A DNA stretch of 64,000 nucleotides from Thermomicrobium sp. (GTDB taxonomy: Bacteria; Chloroflexota; Chloroflexia; Thermomicrobiales; Thermomicrobiaceae): NCBI GenBank assembly GCA_033582455.1, contig JAVQRO010000007.1, forward strand, positions 12,628 through 76,627, read 5' to 3'. Shown here piece after piece: positions 1-9,126 of the stretch. Below the pieces are notes generated by a model. It was not told the DNA's origin, ran no database searches, and saw nothing but the letters and a program-made list of their open reading frames with translations. Made by a program: the position numbers and the translations under genes. Numbering within the stretch: position 1 is the first letter of the stretch; the number at the start of each line of letters is the position of its first letter.

Positions 1-1
1 C

Positions 2-883
2 GTCTTCCCGATCCTGATCGAGTACGTCAAGCGCGCCGCCCGCGGCGAATCGATCGAGCGCGACACCGCCCACGTCCGTGCGGAGCGCGAGCGCATCACG
101 GCCGAATATCGCGCCCTCCTGCCTCGCGACTCCGATCGCCAGGCCTTCGACCAACTCCTCGGACTCGTCCGGCAGGTCTACTACGCTATCGAAGACCACA
201 AGTTCTGGGTCGATCACTGGTTCATGAGCATCTGGTGGAACAAGCTGCGTGAGCTCGGTGCACTCTTCGTCGAACACGGATTTTTCCAGGAGGTCGACGA
301 CCTGTTCTACCTGCACTGGACCGAGGTGAGCCACGCGCTGACCGACCTCCTCTTGGCTTGGTCGATCGGCACCGAGGCTTTCGGGCCCAAGCACTGGCCG
401 ACCGTGGTCGCACGCCGGAAGGAGATACTGGCCAAGCTCCGCGCCTTCAACCCGCCACCAGCGCTCGGCGTGGTACCGGATGTGATCGCCGATCCAGCCA
501 TCGTCATGTTGTGGGGAATCACGCCTGAACGCCTCCGCGCCTGGGTGACGAAGGACGAGGGAAACGTGCTCCGCGGCTTCGCCGCCTCGCCGGGCATCGT
601 CGAGGGGCCGGCCCGCGTGATCTTCGACGTCGCCGAGCTGAAGACGGTCCAGGATGGGGAGATCCTGGTCTGCTCGGTCACCGAACCGAGCTGGGCACCG
701 GTCTTCGCCAAGGTACGCGGGATCGTGACCGATATCGGCGGGGTCATGTCGCACGCGGCGATCGTCGCACGCGAGTACAGCGTACCAGCGGTCCTGGGTA
801 CCGGTATCGCGACCAAACGGATCCAGACGGGTCAACGACTCCGAGTCGACGGCAACGAAGGCACGGTCACGCTCCTCGAGTGA
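2..883 (+). CDS. PEP-utilising enzyme family protein with C-terminal phospho-His swivel domain (5' truncated by window edge)
   Basis: Frame is open from position 2. The C-terminus has GFAASPGIVEGPARV and the phosphocarrier motif TDIGGVMSHAAIVAREY, as in PEP synthase/PPDK/rifampin phosphotransferase/phenylphosphate synthase-type proteins. Confidence 0.85.
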   Translation, partial: VFPILIEYVKRAARGESIERDTAHVRAERERITAEYRALLPRDSDRQAFDQLLGLVRQVYYAIEDHKFWVDHWFMSIWWNKLRELGALFVEHGFFQEVDDLFYLHWTEVSHALTDLLLAWSIGTEAFGPKHWPTVVARRKEILAKLRAFNPPPALGVVPDVIADPAIVMLWGITPERLRAWVTKDEGNVLRGFAASPGIVEGPARVIFDVAELKTVQDGEILVCSVTEPSWAPVFAKVRGIVTDIGGVMSHAAIVAREYSVPAVLGTGIATKRIQTGQRLRVDGNEGTVTLLE

Positions 884-993
884 CTCGGACGACCAGGCCA
901 CGACGAGAGGAACACGCCACGGGTCGGTTCAGAGCAGGCCACGTGGCGATCGCTGATGCGGTACGCTCGAAGTAGGACACGCGGAGGCAGCCG

Positions 994-1554
994 ATGGAAC
1001 TGACGCCCGAGGACGTGCAAGAGATCCTGCGGATTCTCGAGCAGTCGTCGTTCGATGAACTGTATCTCGAGACGCCGCAACTCAAGCTGGTCGTCCGACG
1101 CGGCCCGACCGGGACCGCGATCGCCTCGCCAGTGCCACAGCATCCATTACCGACATCGCCGCTGCCGTCTCAGCCGGCGACGCCGTCGAGTCGAGAAACG
1201 GGAGAGACATCGCTGCAGGCCCCGACGACGACCACCGAGCCAGTGACTCCCGTCTCGACGGCACCCGAAGCAGACGGAACGGTCCCGATCATAGCCCCCC
1301 TCAAGGGCATCTTCTATCGGGCGCCACGCCCCGGCGCCCCGCCCTTCGTGGAAGTCGGGAGCCAGGTACGAGCGGATACCGTCGTCGGTATCATCGAGGT
1401 GATGAAGCTCATGCATTCGGTACTCGCTGGAGTGCACGGCGAGATCGCCGAGGTCTGCGTCGAGAACGGCCAGGCTGTCGACCGTGGGCAGCCGCTCTTC
1501 CGCGTTCGACCGACCGAGGAGCCTGACAGTTCAGCCGCGACGAACGCACCGTGA
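994..1554 (+). CDS. Biotin carboxyl carrier protein (AccB-like)
   Basis: Pro/Thr-rich linker, APLKGIFYRAPRPGAPPFVEVG, biotinyl-Lys motif IIEVMKLM; GGAGG RBS upstream. Confidence 0.9.
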   Translation: MELTPEDVQEILRILEQSSFDELYLETPQLKLVVRRGPTGTAIASPVPQHPLPTSPLPSQPATPSSRETGETSLQAPTTTTEPVTPVSTAPEADGTVPIIAPLKGIFYRAPRPGAPPFVEVGSQVRADTVVGIIEVMKLMHSVLAGVHGEIAEVCVENGQAVDRGQPLFRVRPTEEPDSSAATNAP

Positions 1555-1565
1555 GGAGTCGAGCG

Positions 1566-3101
1566 ATGGCACCGCGCATTCGACTCATCGACGTGACGCT
1601 CCGTGACGGAAACCAAAGCCTGTGGAGCGCGATCGGCATCGATACGCGCACGGTCGTCGAGGTCGCCCCCTGGCTGGATCGTGCAGGGTTCAAGTGCCTC
1701 GATTTCACCACCAGCACGCACATGGCGATCAGCGTGCGCTATCACCGGGAAGATCCCTACGAGAAGATTCGACTCGCCCGTCAACTCATGCCGAACACCC
1801 CGCTCATTTTCATGACCACCGGGATGCGCTTCATCACCTGGGAACCGGCACCGCGCGCCATCATCCGCTTGGGCATGCGCGTCGTCCTACGGCACGGTAT
1901 CCGCCGCATTCAGATCGTCGAGCCCATGAACAATATGGACGCGCTCCTCGAAGCAGCGCGGATCGCCCGGGAAGAAGGCGCGGAGCAGGTCGTCGCCGGA
2001 CTCGTGTACAGCATCAGCCCCGTCCACACCGACGAGTTCTACGTGCGCTGCGCCGAGGAACTCGCCAAAGAGCGTCATCTCATCGACACGGTGTACATCA
2101 AGGATCCGTCCGGTCTTCTAACACCGGAACGGGTGGAGACGATCGTTCCGGCCCTCCGCCGAGCGCTCGGGGACGACATGCCGCTCGAGATCCACTCGCA
2201 CTGCACGATGGGCATGGCTCCGCTCTGCTATCTCCGGGCCGTGCAACTCGGTGTGGAGACAGTGCACACAGCCATCCCGCCGTTGGCCGAGGGGACCTCG
2301 TTGCCGTCGATCTATCGAACCGTTGCCAACCTGCGCGAACTCGGCTTCGAGATCGAAGTCGACCTCGAGCCGCTGGGACGGGTGTCCGAGTATCTCCACC
2401 GCCTGGCACGCCGCAAAGGCTTCCCGATCGGCCGTCCGCTCGAGTACGACATCGCGTACTACCGTCACCAGGTTCCCGGCGGGATGATCACCACCCTGCA
2501 GCGGCACTTGAAGGAGGCAGGGGCCGAACACCGCTTCGAGCAGGTGCTGGAGGAAATCGTGCGGGTGCGGGCGGAGCTCGGGTACCCGATCATGGTCACG
2601 CCGTACTCGCAGCTGGTCGCCACCCAAGCGCTCCTGAACGTCGAGTCGCGCGAGCGCTACGAGAAAGTGCCGGACGAGGTGATCAAGTACGTGCTCGGTC
2701 GCTTCGGTCCGCCTCCCGCACCGATCGATCCCTGGGTCAAGGACCGCGTGCTCTCCTTGCCACGTGCCCGCGAACTCGACGTACCGGCCCCCGAGCCGAC
2801 GCTCGAGGAATTGCGACGCACCTTCGGAGGCAACGTCTCGGACGAGGAACTCCTGCTCCGGTGGGCGCTGCCGGCCGATCAAGTCGATGCAGCGCTGGCG
2901 CGGAAGACGGGGCACCTCTTCCCACGCGGGAACGGCTCGACGCATCCGCTCGCGCAACTCGTCGCGGAAGTCGCGCGCCGCCCCTCGATCTCGTACTTCC
3001 ACTTCGAGAACGACGGGATTCGCCTCGTCCTCCGCCGACAGGGCACGGACAGCCTCAGCGGGAACGCGGCCGAGAGGAGCCGATCGCATGTCGCACCCTG
3101 A
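1566..3101 (+). CDS. Biotin-dependent carboxyltransferase (pyruvate carboxylase subunit B / oxaloacetate decarboxylase alpha-like), no fused biotinyl domain
   Basis: DVTLRDGNQSL, IKDPSG, HSHCT, QVPGGM and MVTPYSQ motifs of the PC/OAD carboxyltransferase TIM barrel. ATG at 1566 after GAGGAG. Confidence 0.88.
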   Translation: MAPRIRLIDVTLRDGNQSLWSAIGIDTRTVVEVAPWLDRAGFKCLDFTTSTHMAISVRYHREDPYEKIRLARQLMPNTPLIFMTTGMRFITWEPAPRAIIRLGMRVVLRHGIRRIQIVEPMNNMDALLEAARIAREEGAEQVVAGLVYSISPVHTDEFYVRCAEELAKERHLIDTVYIKDPSGLLTPERVETIVPALRRALGDDMPLEIHSHCTMGMAPLCYLRAVQLGVETVHTAIPPLAEGTSLPSIYRTVANLRELGFEIEVDLEPLGRVSEYLHRLARRKGFPIGRPLEYDIAYYRHQVPGGMITTLQRHLKEAGAEHRFEQVLEEIVRVRAELGYPIMVTPYSQLVATQALLNVESRERYEKVPDEVIKYVLGRFGPPPAPIDPWVKDRVLSLPRARELDVPAPEPTLEELRRTFGGNVSDEELLLRWALPADQVDAALARKTGHLFPRGNGSTHPLAQLVAEVARRPSISYFHFENDGIRLVLRRQGTDSLSGNAAERSRSHVAP

Positions 3102-3939
3102 CCTGGGAACGATTCGCGCCGTCGTCTTCGACGTCGACGGCACGCTCATCCTCTCCGATGGCCCGGACTGGCGCGGAGCAGTTCCGCTCCCCGGCGCCGT
3201 CGAACTCCTGACATGGCTCGAGCAGTACCAGTATCCGTTCGCGCTTTTCACGAGTGGCAGCACCGAACTGCCCGCGACGTACGCAGCGCGCCTGCGCGCA
3301 GCCGGTCTACCCGTCGAAGACTGGCAGGTCATCACCACCGGCATCACGGCCGCAGAGATCATCGCGACCGAGTATCCAGGACGGACGGTCTACGTCTTGG
3401 GCGAAGAAGGAACCCGCGCCCCCCTCCTCGCGCGGGGAATCCCGGTGGTCGATGGGGAGGCGGGCAAGAATGCTGGTGTCGTCCTGGTTGGATGGAGCCG
3501 CGCGCTGACGTATGATCAACTCGACATCGCGTGTGGAGCGGTCTGGAACGGAGCCGACCTCTTGGTCACGTCGGCTGCTCGTGCATTCGTCTCCAAACGA
3601 GGACTCCGACCGGGATGGTCATGGTCGATCGCGATCGCCATCCAAGAGACGACCGGCAAGAAGCCGCGGGTGGTCGGGAAACCATCGGTCGAGGCACTGC
3701 GCGCGATCGCTCGCCTGCTCGGGCAGGAACTCGAGCACGTCGCCGTCGTGGGTGACGACCCTGACCTCGAGCTTCGGATGGGACGCGATGCTGGCGTTCT
3801 GACGATCCAGGTGCAGACCGGACGCGGCAACGAATCGATCGAGACTCCACTGGTCGGCGACCTCGTCGTCCGCGGTGTCGACGAACTCCTGGCACTCCTG
3901 GAGCGAGCTCAGGCAAAGGAGGGTGCCCTGGGCGAGTGA
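3088..3939 (+). CDS. HAD-superfamily class IIA hydrolase (NagD-like phosphatase)
   Basis: FDVDGT motif I, GKP motif III, VGDD motif IV. Start overlaps the upstream gene. Confidence 0.88.
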   Translation: MSHPDLGTIRAVVFDVDGTLILSDGPDWRGAVPLPGAVELLTWLEQYQYPFALFTSGSTELPATYAARLRAAGLPVEDWQVITTGITAAEIIATEYPGRTVYVLGEEGTRAPLLARGIPVVDGEAGKNAGVVLVGWSRALTYDQLDIACGAVWNGADLLVTSAARAFVSKRGLRPGWSWSIAIAIQETTGKKPRVVGKPSVEALRAIARLLGQELEHVAVVGDDPDLELRMGRDAGVLTIQVQTGRGNESIETPLVGDLVVRGVDELLALLERAQAKEGALGE

Positions 3940-3950
3940 GGAGTCGAACG

Positions 3951-5300
3951 ATGGCTGGACGACGCTATTGGAACGAACCGCTGGAGACGAGCGAGCCTGG
4001 TGCGTTGTGGCAGCTCGAAGACGAACGTCTGCGGTGGCAGCTGCGCTGGGTCTGGGAGCGTTCGCCATTCTACCGACAGAAGTTCGAAGAGGCCGGGATC
4101 GATCCCCTCCGGATCGGACGGGATTCGTTGCACCTGCTGCCCTTCACCGTCAAGGACGAGGTACGTCGCACCCAGCAGGAGTACCCGCCGCTCGGCGGCC
4201 ATGCGTGCGTCCCGCTCGAGCAGGTGGTCCGATTGCACGCGTCGTCCGGGACGACAGGGCAACCGACGCTCGTCGGTCTCACCGAAGCCGACTCCCGAAC
4301 GTGGAACGAAGTCCTCGCTCGCTTCTTCTGGGCCACCGGCGTGCGCCCCGGAACCCGCGTCTGGCTCGCCGTCACGCTGGGCTGGTACATCGCCGGACTG
4401 AGCTTCTACGAGGCGCTCCGGACGATCGGGGCAGCGATCTATCCAGCGGGGACGATGGAAGCCTCGCGTACCTTCAACGTGGTCCGGCGAGCCGGCGTGG
4501 ACTACGTGGTGTCGAGCCCGACGTTCGTCAATTTCTTGACGCACGTGGCGCGCGAACGGCTCGGCATCGATCCGGCCTCGCTCGGTATCAAAGGGATGGC
4601 GCTCGGTGGAGAACCCGGAGCAGGTGTCCCGCAGATCCGTCACCAGATCGAGGAAACCTGGGGCTGCAAGGTCTACGATGCGATGGGCACCGCCGACTTC
4701 GCCCCGATCCTCTGGACGGAATGCGAAGCCCAGGCCGGCATGCATTTCATCGGACAAGGCCTCGTGATCGCGGAGTTCATCGATCCGCAGACCGGTCAGC
4801 CGGTCGAGCCCAGGGAAGGGATGCTCGCCGAACTGGTCTACACCGCCATCCAACGCGAGTGCGTCCCCTTGATCCGTTTTCGGATCGGTGACCTCGTGCG
4901 GATCGAAGGAACGGGACGGTGCGAGTGCGGCCGCACCGGGATCCGGATCCGTTGTGTCGGTCGCATCGATGACATGTTCATCGTCCGCGGCGTCAACGTG
5001 TTCCCGAGTGCAGTCGCCGATGTCATCGCTTCGTTCCGTCCGCGCGTGACCGGAGAGTTCCAGATCCGCTTACCGGCACGGGGCCTCCCGATCGATCCGC
5101 CCATTCCGATCGTCGTCGAACTCGGTCCCGAGCCCGGGGACCTGCTCAAGCTCAAGCGGGAACTCGAAGAGGCGATCCGCGCCCAGCTCATCTTCCGCGC
5201 GAGCGTTCAGCTCGTGCCGAAGGGCGAACTGGCACCGACCGGTGCGATGAAGCGCCAGGTCATCGTCCGCACGGCGATGGAAGCGCTCGAACGCACCTGA
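3951..5300 (+). CDS. Phenylacetate-CoA ligase family (PaaK-like) acyl/aryl-CoA ligase
   Basis: HASSGTTGQP adenylation loop, PLIRFRIGD, GRIDDMFIVRGVNVFPS. Confidence 0.88.
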   Translation: MAGRRYWNEPLETSEPGALWQLEDERLRWQLRWVWERSPFYRQKFEEAGIDPLRIGRDSLHLLPFTVKDEVRRTQQEYPPLGGHACVPLEQVVRLHASSGTTGQPTLVGLTEADSRTWNEVLARFFWATGVRPGTRVWLAVTLGWYIAGLSFYEALRTIGAAIYPAGTMEASRTFNVVRRAGVDYVVSSPTFVNFLTHVARERLGIDPASLGIKGMALGGEPGAGVPQIRHQIEETWGCKVYDAMGTADFAPILWTECEAQAGMHFIGQGLVIAEFIDPQTGQPVEPREGMLAELVYTAIQRECVPLIRFRIGDLVRIEGTGRCECGRTGIRIRCVGRIDDMFIVRGVNVFPSAVADVIASFRPRVTGEFQIRLPARGLPIDPPIPIVVELGPEPGDLLKLKRELEEAIRAQLIFRASVQLVPKGELAPTGAMKRQVIVRTAMEALERT

Positions 5301-5635
5301 CCTTCCGGACAGCACCATCGCTGGCCGACCATCGATCGGTGGAGTCACCTCGACCGCCCCGCCCCGCTCGTGCTCACCGCTCCCGAAACCTCCTGTCGCT
5401 TCGCCGCGACGACACGATCACAGCGCTTTCAGCGCATCGCACTGCGCTCTCGGACGGACAACGATCACCGACCGAGACGCTCGCGCACTAGGGTGACGAC
5501 CGTGACGGACAGTGCAGCGAGGCCGCGCGTCCCTGCTCGTGCGGTGACTGATCCCCCAAGTCGTACCTGCCGAGTGCGGCCGGGCATCCCGGGTCGTCAC
5601 CGAACGCTGGCTACGCGCGACCCGCCGACGACGCA

Positions 5636-6604
5636 TCACCCAGTCAATGCTCGCCGGAGCACCGTTAGCACCTCCGCGTTGGCACGTTGGCTCACCCACG
5701 CCGTCGGCGCGAACGCGTCGAAGCCGTGGAATGCCCCTGCGAAGACATGCAGCTCGGTCAGCACGCCTGCCTGCATCAACCGCTGGGCGTACACGATGTC
5801 TTCGTCTCGGAACAGATCCGCTGTGCCCACCAGAATATAGGCCTGCGGCAGGCCCCGCAGGTCCGCTGCGCGGGCCGGCGCGGCGTAGGCGGGCACATCG
5901 GGACTCCCCGGCTCGCGTCCGAGATACGCCCGCCAGCCGAGGAGGTTCCACTCCCGCGTCCAGATCAGTCGGCGATCGGTGATCTCGTAGCTCGAAGGCG
6001 TCTGGTTTCGATCGTCGAGCATCGGGTAGATCAGCAACTGGAAGCGGACCGGTATCTCGCCGCGATCTCGGGCGAGCAGCGCGAGGCCAGCAGCCAGTCC
6101 ACCGCCGGCGCTGGCACCCGCGATCGCGATCCGCCCTGGATCGGCTCCGAGCTCCGTTGCCCGCTCCCAGACCCAGCACAGCGCTGCATAACAGTCCTCG
6201 AGTGGCGCTGGATAAGGGAACTCCGGTGCTAACCGGTAATCGACCGACGCGACCAGCGCGGGCAACGCCCGGGCGAACTCCGCACACTGCGGATCGTTCA
6301 TTTCCGGCGTCCCCATCACGTATCCACCCCCATGAATCCAGAGCAATACCGGCAGCGGACTGGGAACGTCGATCGGGCGATACAGGCGCACGCGCACGAC
6401 CGTTCGGTCGACTCGATTCGGCGCGAACTCGTCCGTTACCGCGACGTCCGCCGGGAGCGGCGGCATGTGGCTCGCCAGTGCTTCGCGCAGGATCGCCATG
6501 CGCTGCCGCGCGAATGGGATATCCCGGAGATCGAGCAAGAGCTCCTCGGGAAACGCTGCCAAGACCGCAGCGAGCTCCGGGTCGAGTCGAGTCAACGCGG
6601 ACAC
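5636..6604 (-). CDS. Alpha/beta hydrolase, HSL-family (family IV) esterase/lipase
   Basis: HGGGY oxyanion motif, VDYRLAPE, GASAGG nucleophile elbow, D(LFRDE) and HGF catalytic motifs. Confidence 0.92.
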   Translation of the reverse strand: MSALTRLDPELAAVLAAFPEELLLDLRDIPFARQRMAILREALASHMPPLPADVAVTDEFAPNRVDRTVVRVRLYRPIDVPSPLPVLLWIHGGGYVMGTPEMNDPQCAEFARALPALVASVDYRLAPEFPYPAPLEDCYAALCWVWERATELGADPGRIAIAGASAGGGLAAGLALLARDRGEIPVRFQLLIYPMLDDRNQTPSSYEITDRRLIWTREWNLLGWRAYLGREPGSPDVPAYAAPARAADLRGLPQAYILVGTADLFRDEDIVYAQRLMQAGVLTELHVFAGAFHGFDAFAPTAWVSQRANAEVLTVLRRALTG

Positions 6605-6837
6605 ACCAGCACCTCGCTTCCATGGACGGCACCGACGAGGGGGAGACTACCGCGGAGACTCGGACCACGCAAGCAGTACCGCTCGACGGCAGACGGGATC
6701 CGCCGCACCGACCACTGGAGCCACACCGAGGCTTCATCCGGACGAATCGGTACTCATCAGTCCACTGTCCGAGACCCGCACCCACTGGACATAGTCATTC
6801 GGTGGAGGTGTCCGGCAGGTGCTGTCGGCGCCCCGTC

Positions 6838-7719
6838 TCATCGCATCGGTGTCTCTTCTGGAACGAACGCCGCCACGATCATGCTGTAGTAACTGGGAGC
6901 CTCGTAGCAGAGCACCTCCCCGCGGAGCGGTACCCGCCGCATCACGCCGGCGAGCATCAGCGTCTGCCAGAGGCCGTCAATGGCAGCGTTCGTGGCTCGC
7001 TCTTCGGGCACGTCGATGAGGCGGCCAGGGTCGTTCGCCGCCAGCGCTTCGACGACCAACCGGTCGACGATCGCCGCATCCGGGTGGAAACCATACGGTC
7101 CATCAGCACGATGCGTATGCGCCCAGTCACAGCTGGCGATGAAGGCGATGCGGCGTCCGTCGCGCTCGGCAGCCTCCGCGACTGCCTCGCCGAACGTGAC
7201 CAGCAGTGCACGCGGCACCCGCCGCGAGGGCGTGACGATGACGACCGGCGGCCCGGCATCTTGCGGTGGGACGGGAGCGAGCACGTCACCGTAGCCGACC
7301 CGGTTGCGCCCATGACCGAGGAACCACAGCGGCGTCATCGTTCCCCAGTCGAGCGGAATCACCGATTGATCCCATCGATTGCCAGCGAAGCCGGCGAGGG
7401 CGACCGGGACTCCCAACTCACGCGCGGCGACTGCGATCGCTTCCGTCGCTCGGCGGTCCAACGGGACGTTCATCTCGATCTGCCGACCGTGCCAGCGCAG
7501 CGTTCCGGCACCACGTGCGGTGGACGCCAGGCAGACCATTCCATCGACCCGGACTCCGTGCGGCGTCGCGATGACCAAGACATCCGGTCGTGCCGCGGAA
7601 CAGCGCTTCCCGAGCTCGACCATCGCGGCACGAGTCGCTAGAGCGCCCTCCGCGTCTTCGGAGAGTTCTGGGATGATCGGAAACCCGTGGGGTGCGACCG
7701 CCGCGAAGACGATTGCCAT
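6838..7719 (-). CDS. LigB/class III extradiol dioxygenase-fold protein
   Basis: AVAPHG, IATPHG, LDWGTMTPL and SCDWAH motifs. ATG at 7719 after GAGGAGG; the ORF-track start (7944) is too long. Confidence 0.7.
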   Translation of the reverse strand: MAIVFAAVAPHGFPIIPELSEDAEGALATRAAMVELGKRCSAARPDVLVIATPHGVRVDGMVCLASTARGAGTLRWHGRQIEMNVPLDRRATEAIAVAARELGVPVALAGFAGNRWDQSVIPLDWGTMTPLWFLGHGRNRVGYGDVLAPVPPQDAGPPVVIVTPSRRVPRALLVTFGEAVAEAAERDGRRIAFIASCDWAHTHRADGPYGFHPDAAIVDRLVVEALAANDPGRLIDVPEERATNAAIDGLWQTLMLAGVMRRVPLRGEVLCYEAPSYYSMIVAAFVPEETPMR

Positions 7720-8021
7720 CGGCGCCTCCTCTCGTCGGCGGTAGTATCGTCGGAGGTCTCCGGCAACGCAACGCGGAGCGAGTGCGACGCGACCAGCGTC
7801 CGACAGCCGAGCGTCGCCAGTGGTGTTTTGCCACGGCGCGGGTCTCCCAGGGCGCGAAGGCTGGCACAATGGCGACGCGGGGCAACGCTCGACGTTCACG
7901 CGGCGCGAGCTTCGACCACGAGCCATCGCCGGTCGGTTACACACCGTTTACACACGCCATCGATACTCGGTTTCGACAAGCGTCTCGCCCGGTCGTGGGC
8001 GAACGACAAGGGGGGGCGGTC

Positions 8022-8600
8022 ATGGACGAGCAGGTTACGGCGATCCGGCAGTCCAAAAAACCGCGGCGACTTCGGCGTCTCGCGTTGGCGCTCGGGGGTG
8101 TGCTCGTCGCAGTCTTCGTCGTCCTCGAGGGAGCTGCCCTCGCGCTCCCGCGAAACAATCCGCCGGTCGTGGCGGAGCCGCCGTGGGATAGTCCACAGAC
8201 CCGGGAGCTCTTCATGCGAACCTGCGGCGATTGTCACTCCAACCAGACGCACTGGCGTTGGTACACCGACGTCGCACCGATAGCGTTTCTCGCGTACCGG
8301 GACGTGACCGAGGGCCGACAGAAGTGCAACGTGTCCGAGTGGGGAGTCGGCGGTGAGCGCGAATGCGACGACTCGGCGGAAGCGATGCAAAAAGGAACGA
8401 TGCCACCGTGGTTCTACCGACCGCTGCATCCGGAGGCACAGCTCTCTCCGCAAGAGAAGCAACGACTCATCCAAGGGCTGCTCGCGACCTTCGGCGAGGG
8501 CACTGGACCGGAACAAGAGGGTCTCCCGGGGGACGAGAACGGCGAGCAGGAAGGGGAAGGGAGGACGACTCCACGCCCGATCGCGTTCCGGCTGACGTGA
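8022..8600 (+). CDS. Membrane-anchored mono-heme c-type cytochrome (Haem-binding domain family)
   Basis: N-terminal TM helix, CGDCH heme motif, HSNQTHWRWY, GTMPPWFY. Confidence 0.8.
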   Translation: MDEQVTAIRQSKKPRRLRRLALALGGVLVAVFVVLEGAALALPRNNPPVVAEPPWDSPQTRELFMRTCGDCHSNQTHWRWYTDVAPIAFLAYRDVTEGRQKCNVSEWGVGGERECDDSAEAMQKGTMPPWFYRPLHPEAQLSPQEKQRLIQGLLATFGEGTGPEQEGLPGDENGEQEGEGRTTPRPIAFRLT

Positions 8601-8751
8601 GGAGCGAGACGCCAGAGCGCCAGCAGGCGAGCGGCACGAGAGGGGAGTGGGGCGACACCGCGTGGGCAGGCCGGCCAGCAGGCTCGCGCTGCGACGCGGG
8701 AGGGAGGACGTACCGAGCGCTGCCGCGACCGGGATGGAGCGACGGTCGGAC

Positions 8752-8781
8752 TTGACGAAGAGCGTCCAGTCCTGCTAGGCT
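8752..8781 (+). promoter_or_regulatory. Candidate sigma70-type promoter of the leu leader
   Basis: TTGACG (8752-8757), 18-nt spacer, TG-n extended -10 TAGGCT (8776-8781), immediately before T-box stem I. Confidence 0.55.
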
Positions 8782-8787
8782 TATCAG

Positions 8788-9023
8788 CAAAGGCGCGGAG
8801 GGGAAGTAGTAGCGCGCCGAATCCGATCAGCGAGCCGGGATGCGGTGGGAGCCCGGTCGGTGGTGGTGCGCGAACTCGTCCCTGAGCTGCGTTCGCGAAG
8901 GCAAGTAGCGAGCGCCGGGTGCGCCCGTTAGCGCGCAGCGAGTGGGCGCCGTGCTGCGACGGTGCGGCGACCAAGTAGGGTGGTACCACGGGAACGGCCC
9001 GTCCCTTCGTGGACGGGCCGTTC
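8788..9023 (+). ncRNA. T-box riboswitch, Leu specifier (CUC)
   Basis: AG-box/GNUG-box region CAGCGAGCCGGGATGCGGTGGGAGCCCGG; specifier GAA-CTC (CTC at 8875-8877); T-box AAGTAGGGTGGTACCACG (8973-8990); overlapping 13-bp hairpin 8992-9004/9011-9023; upstream of leuA. Confidence 0.9.
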
Positions 9024-9039
9024 GGTGTTGCAGGGAACA

Positions 9040-9126
9040 GTGACGGTGCACGAAATCTCGAGTCTGCTCCGACTCTCCCTTAGTCGGCCCCGAGGAGGGG
9101 CCAACGAGGACACGGGCCGGTCGTGA
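9040..9126 (+). CDS. Putative Leu-rich leader peptide (uORF) MTVHEISSLLRLSLSRPRGGANEDTGRS
   Basis: GTG at 9040 preceded by CAGGGAACA, TGA at 9124-9126, and four Leu codons within six (CTG CTC CGA CTC TCC CTT, 9064-9081). Not in the ORF track because it is short. Confidence 0.55.
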   Translation: MTVHEISSLLRLSLSRPRGGANEDTGRS

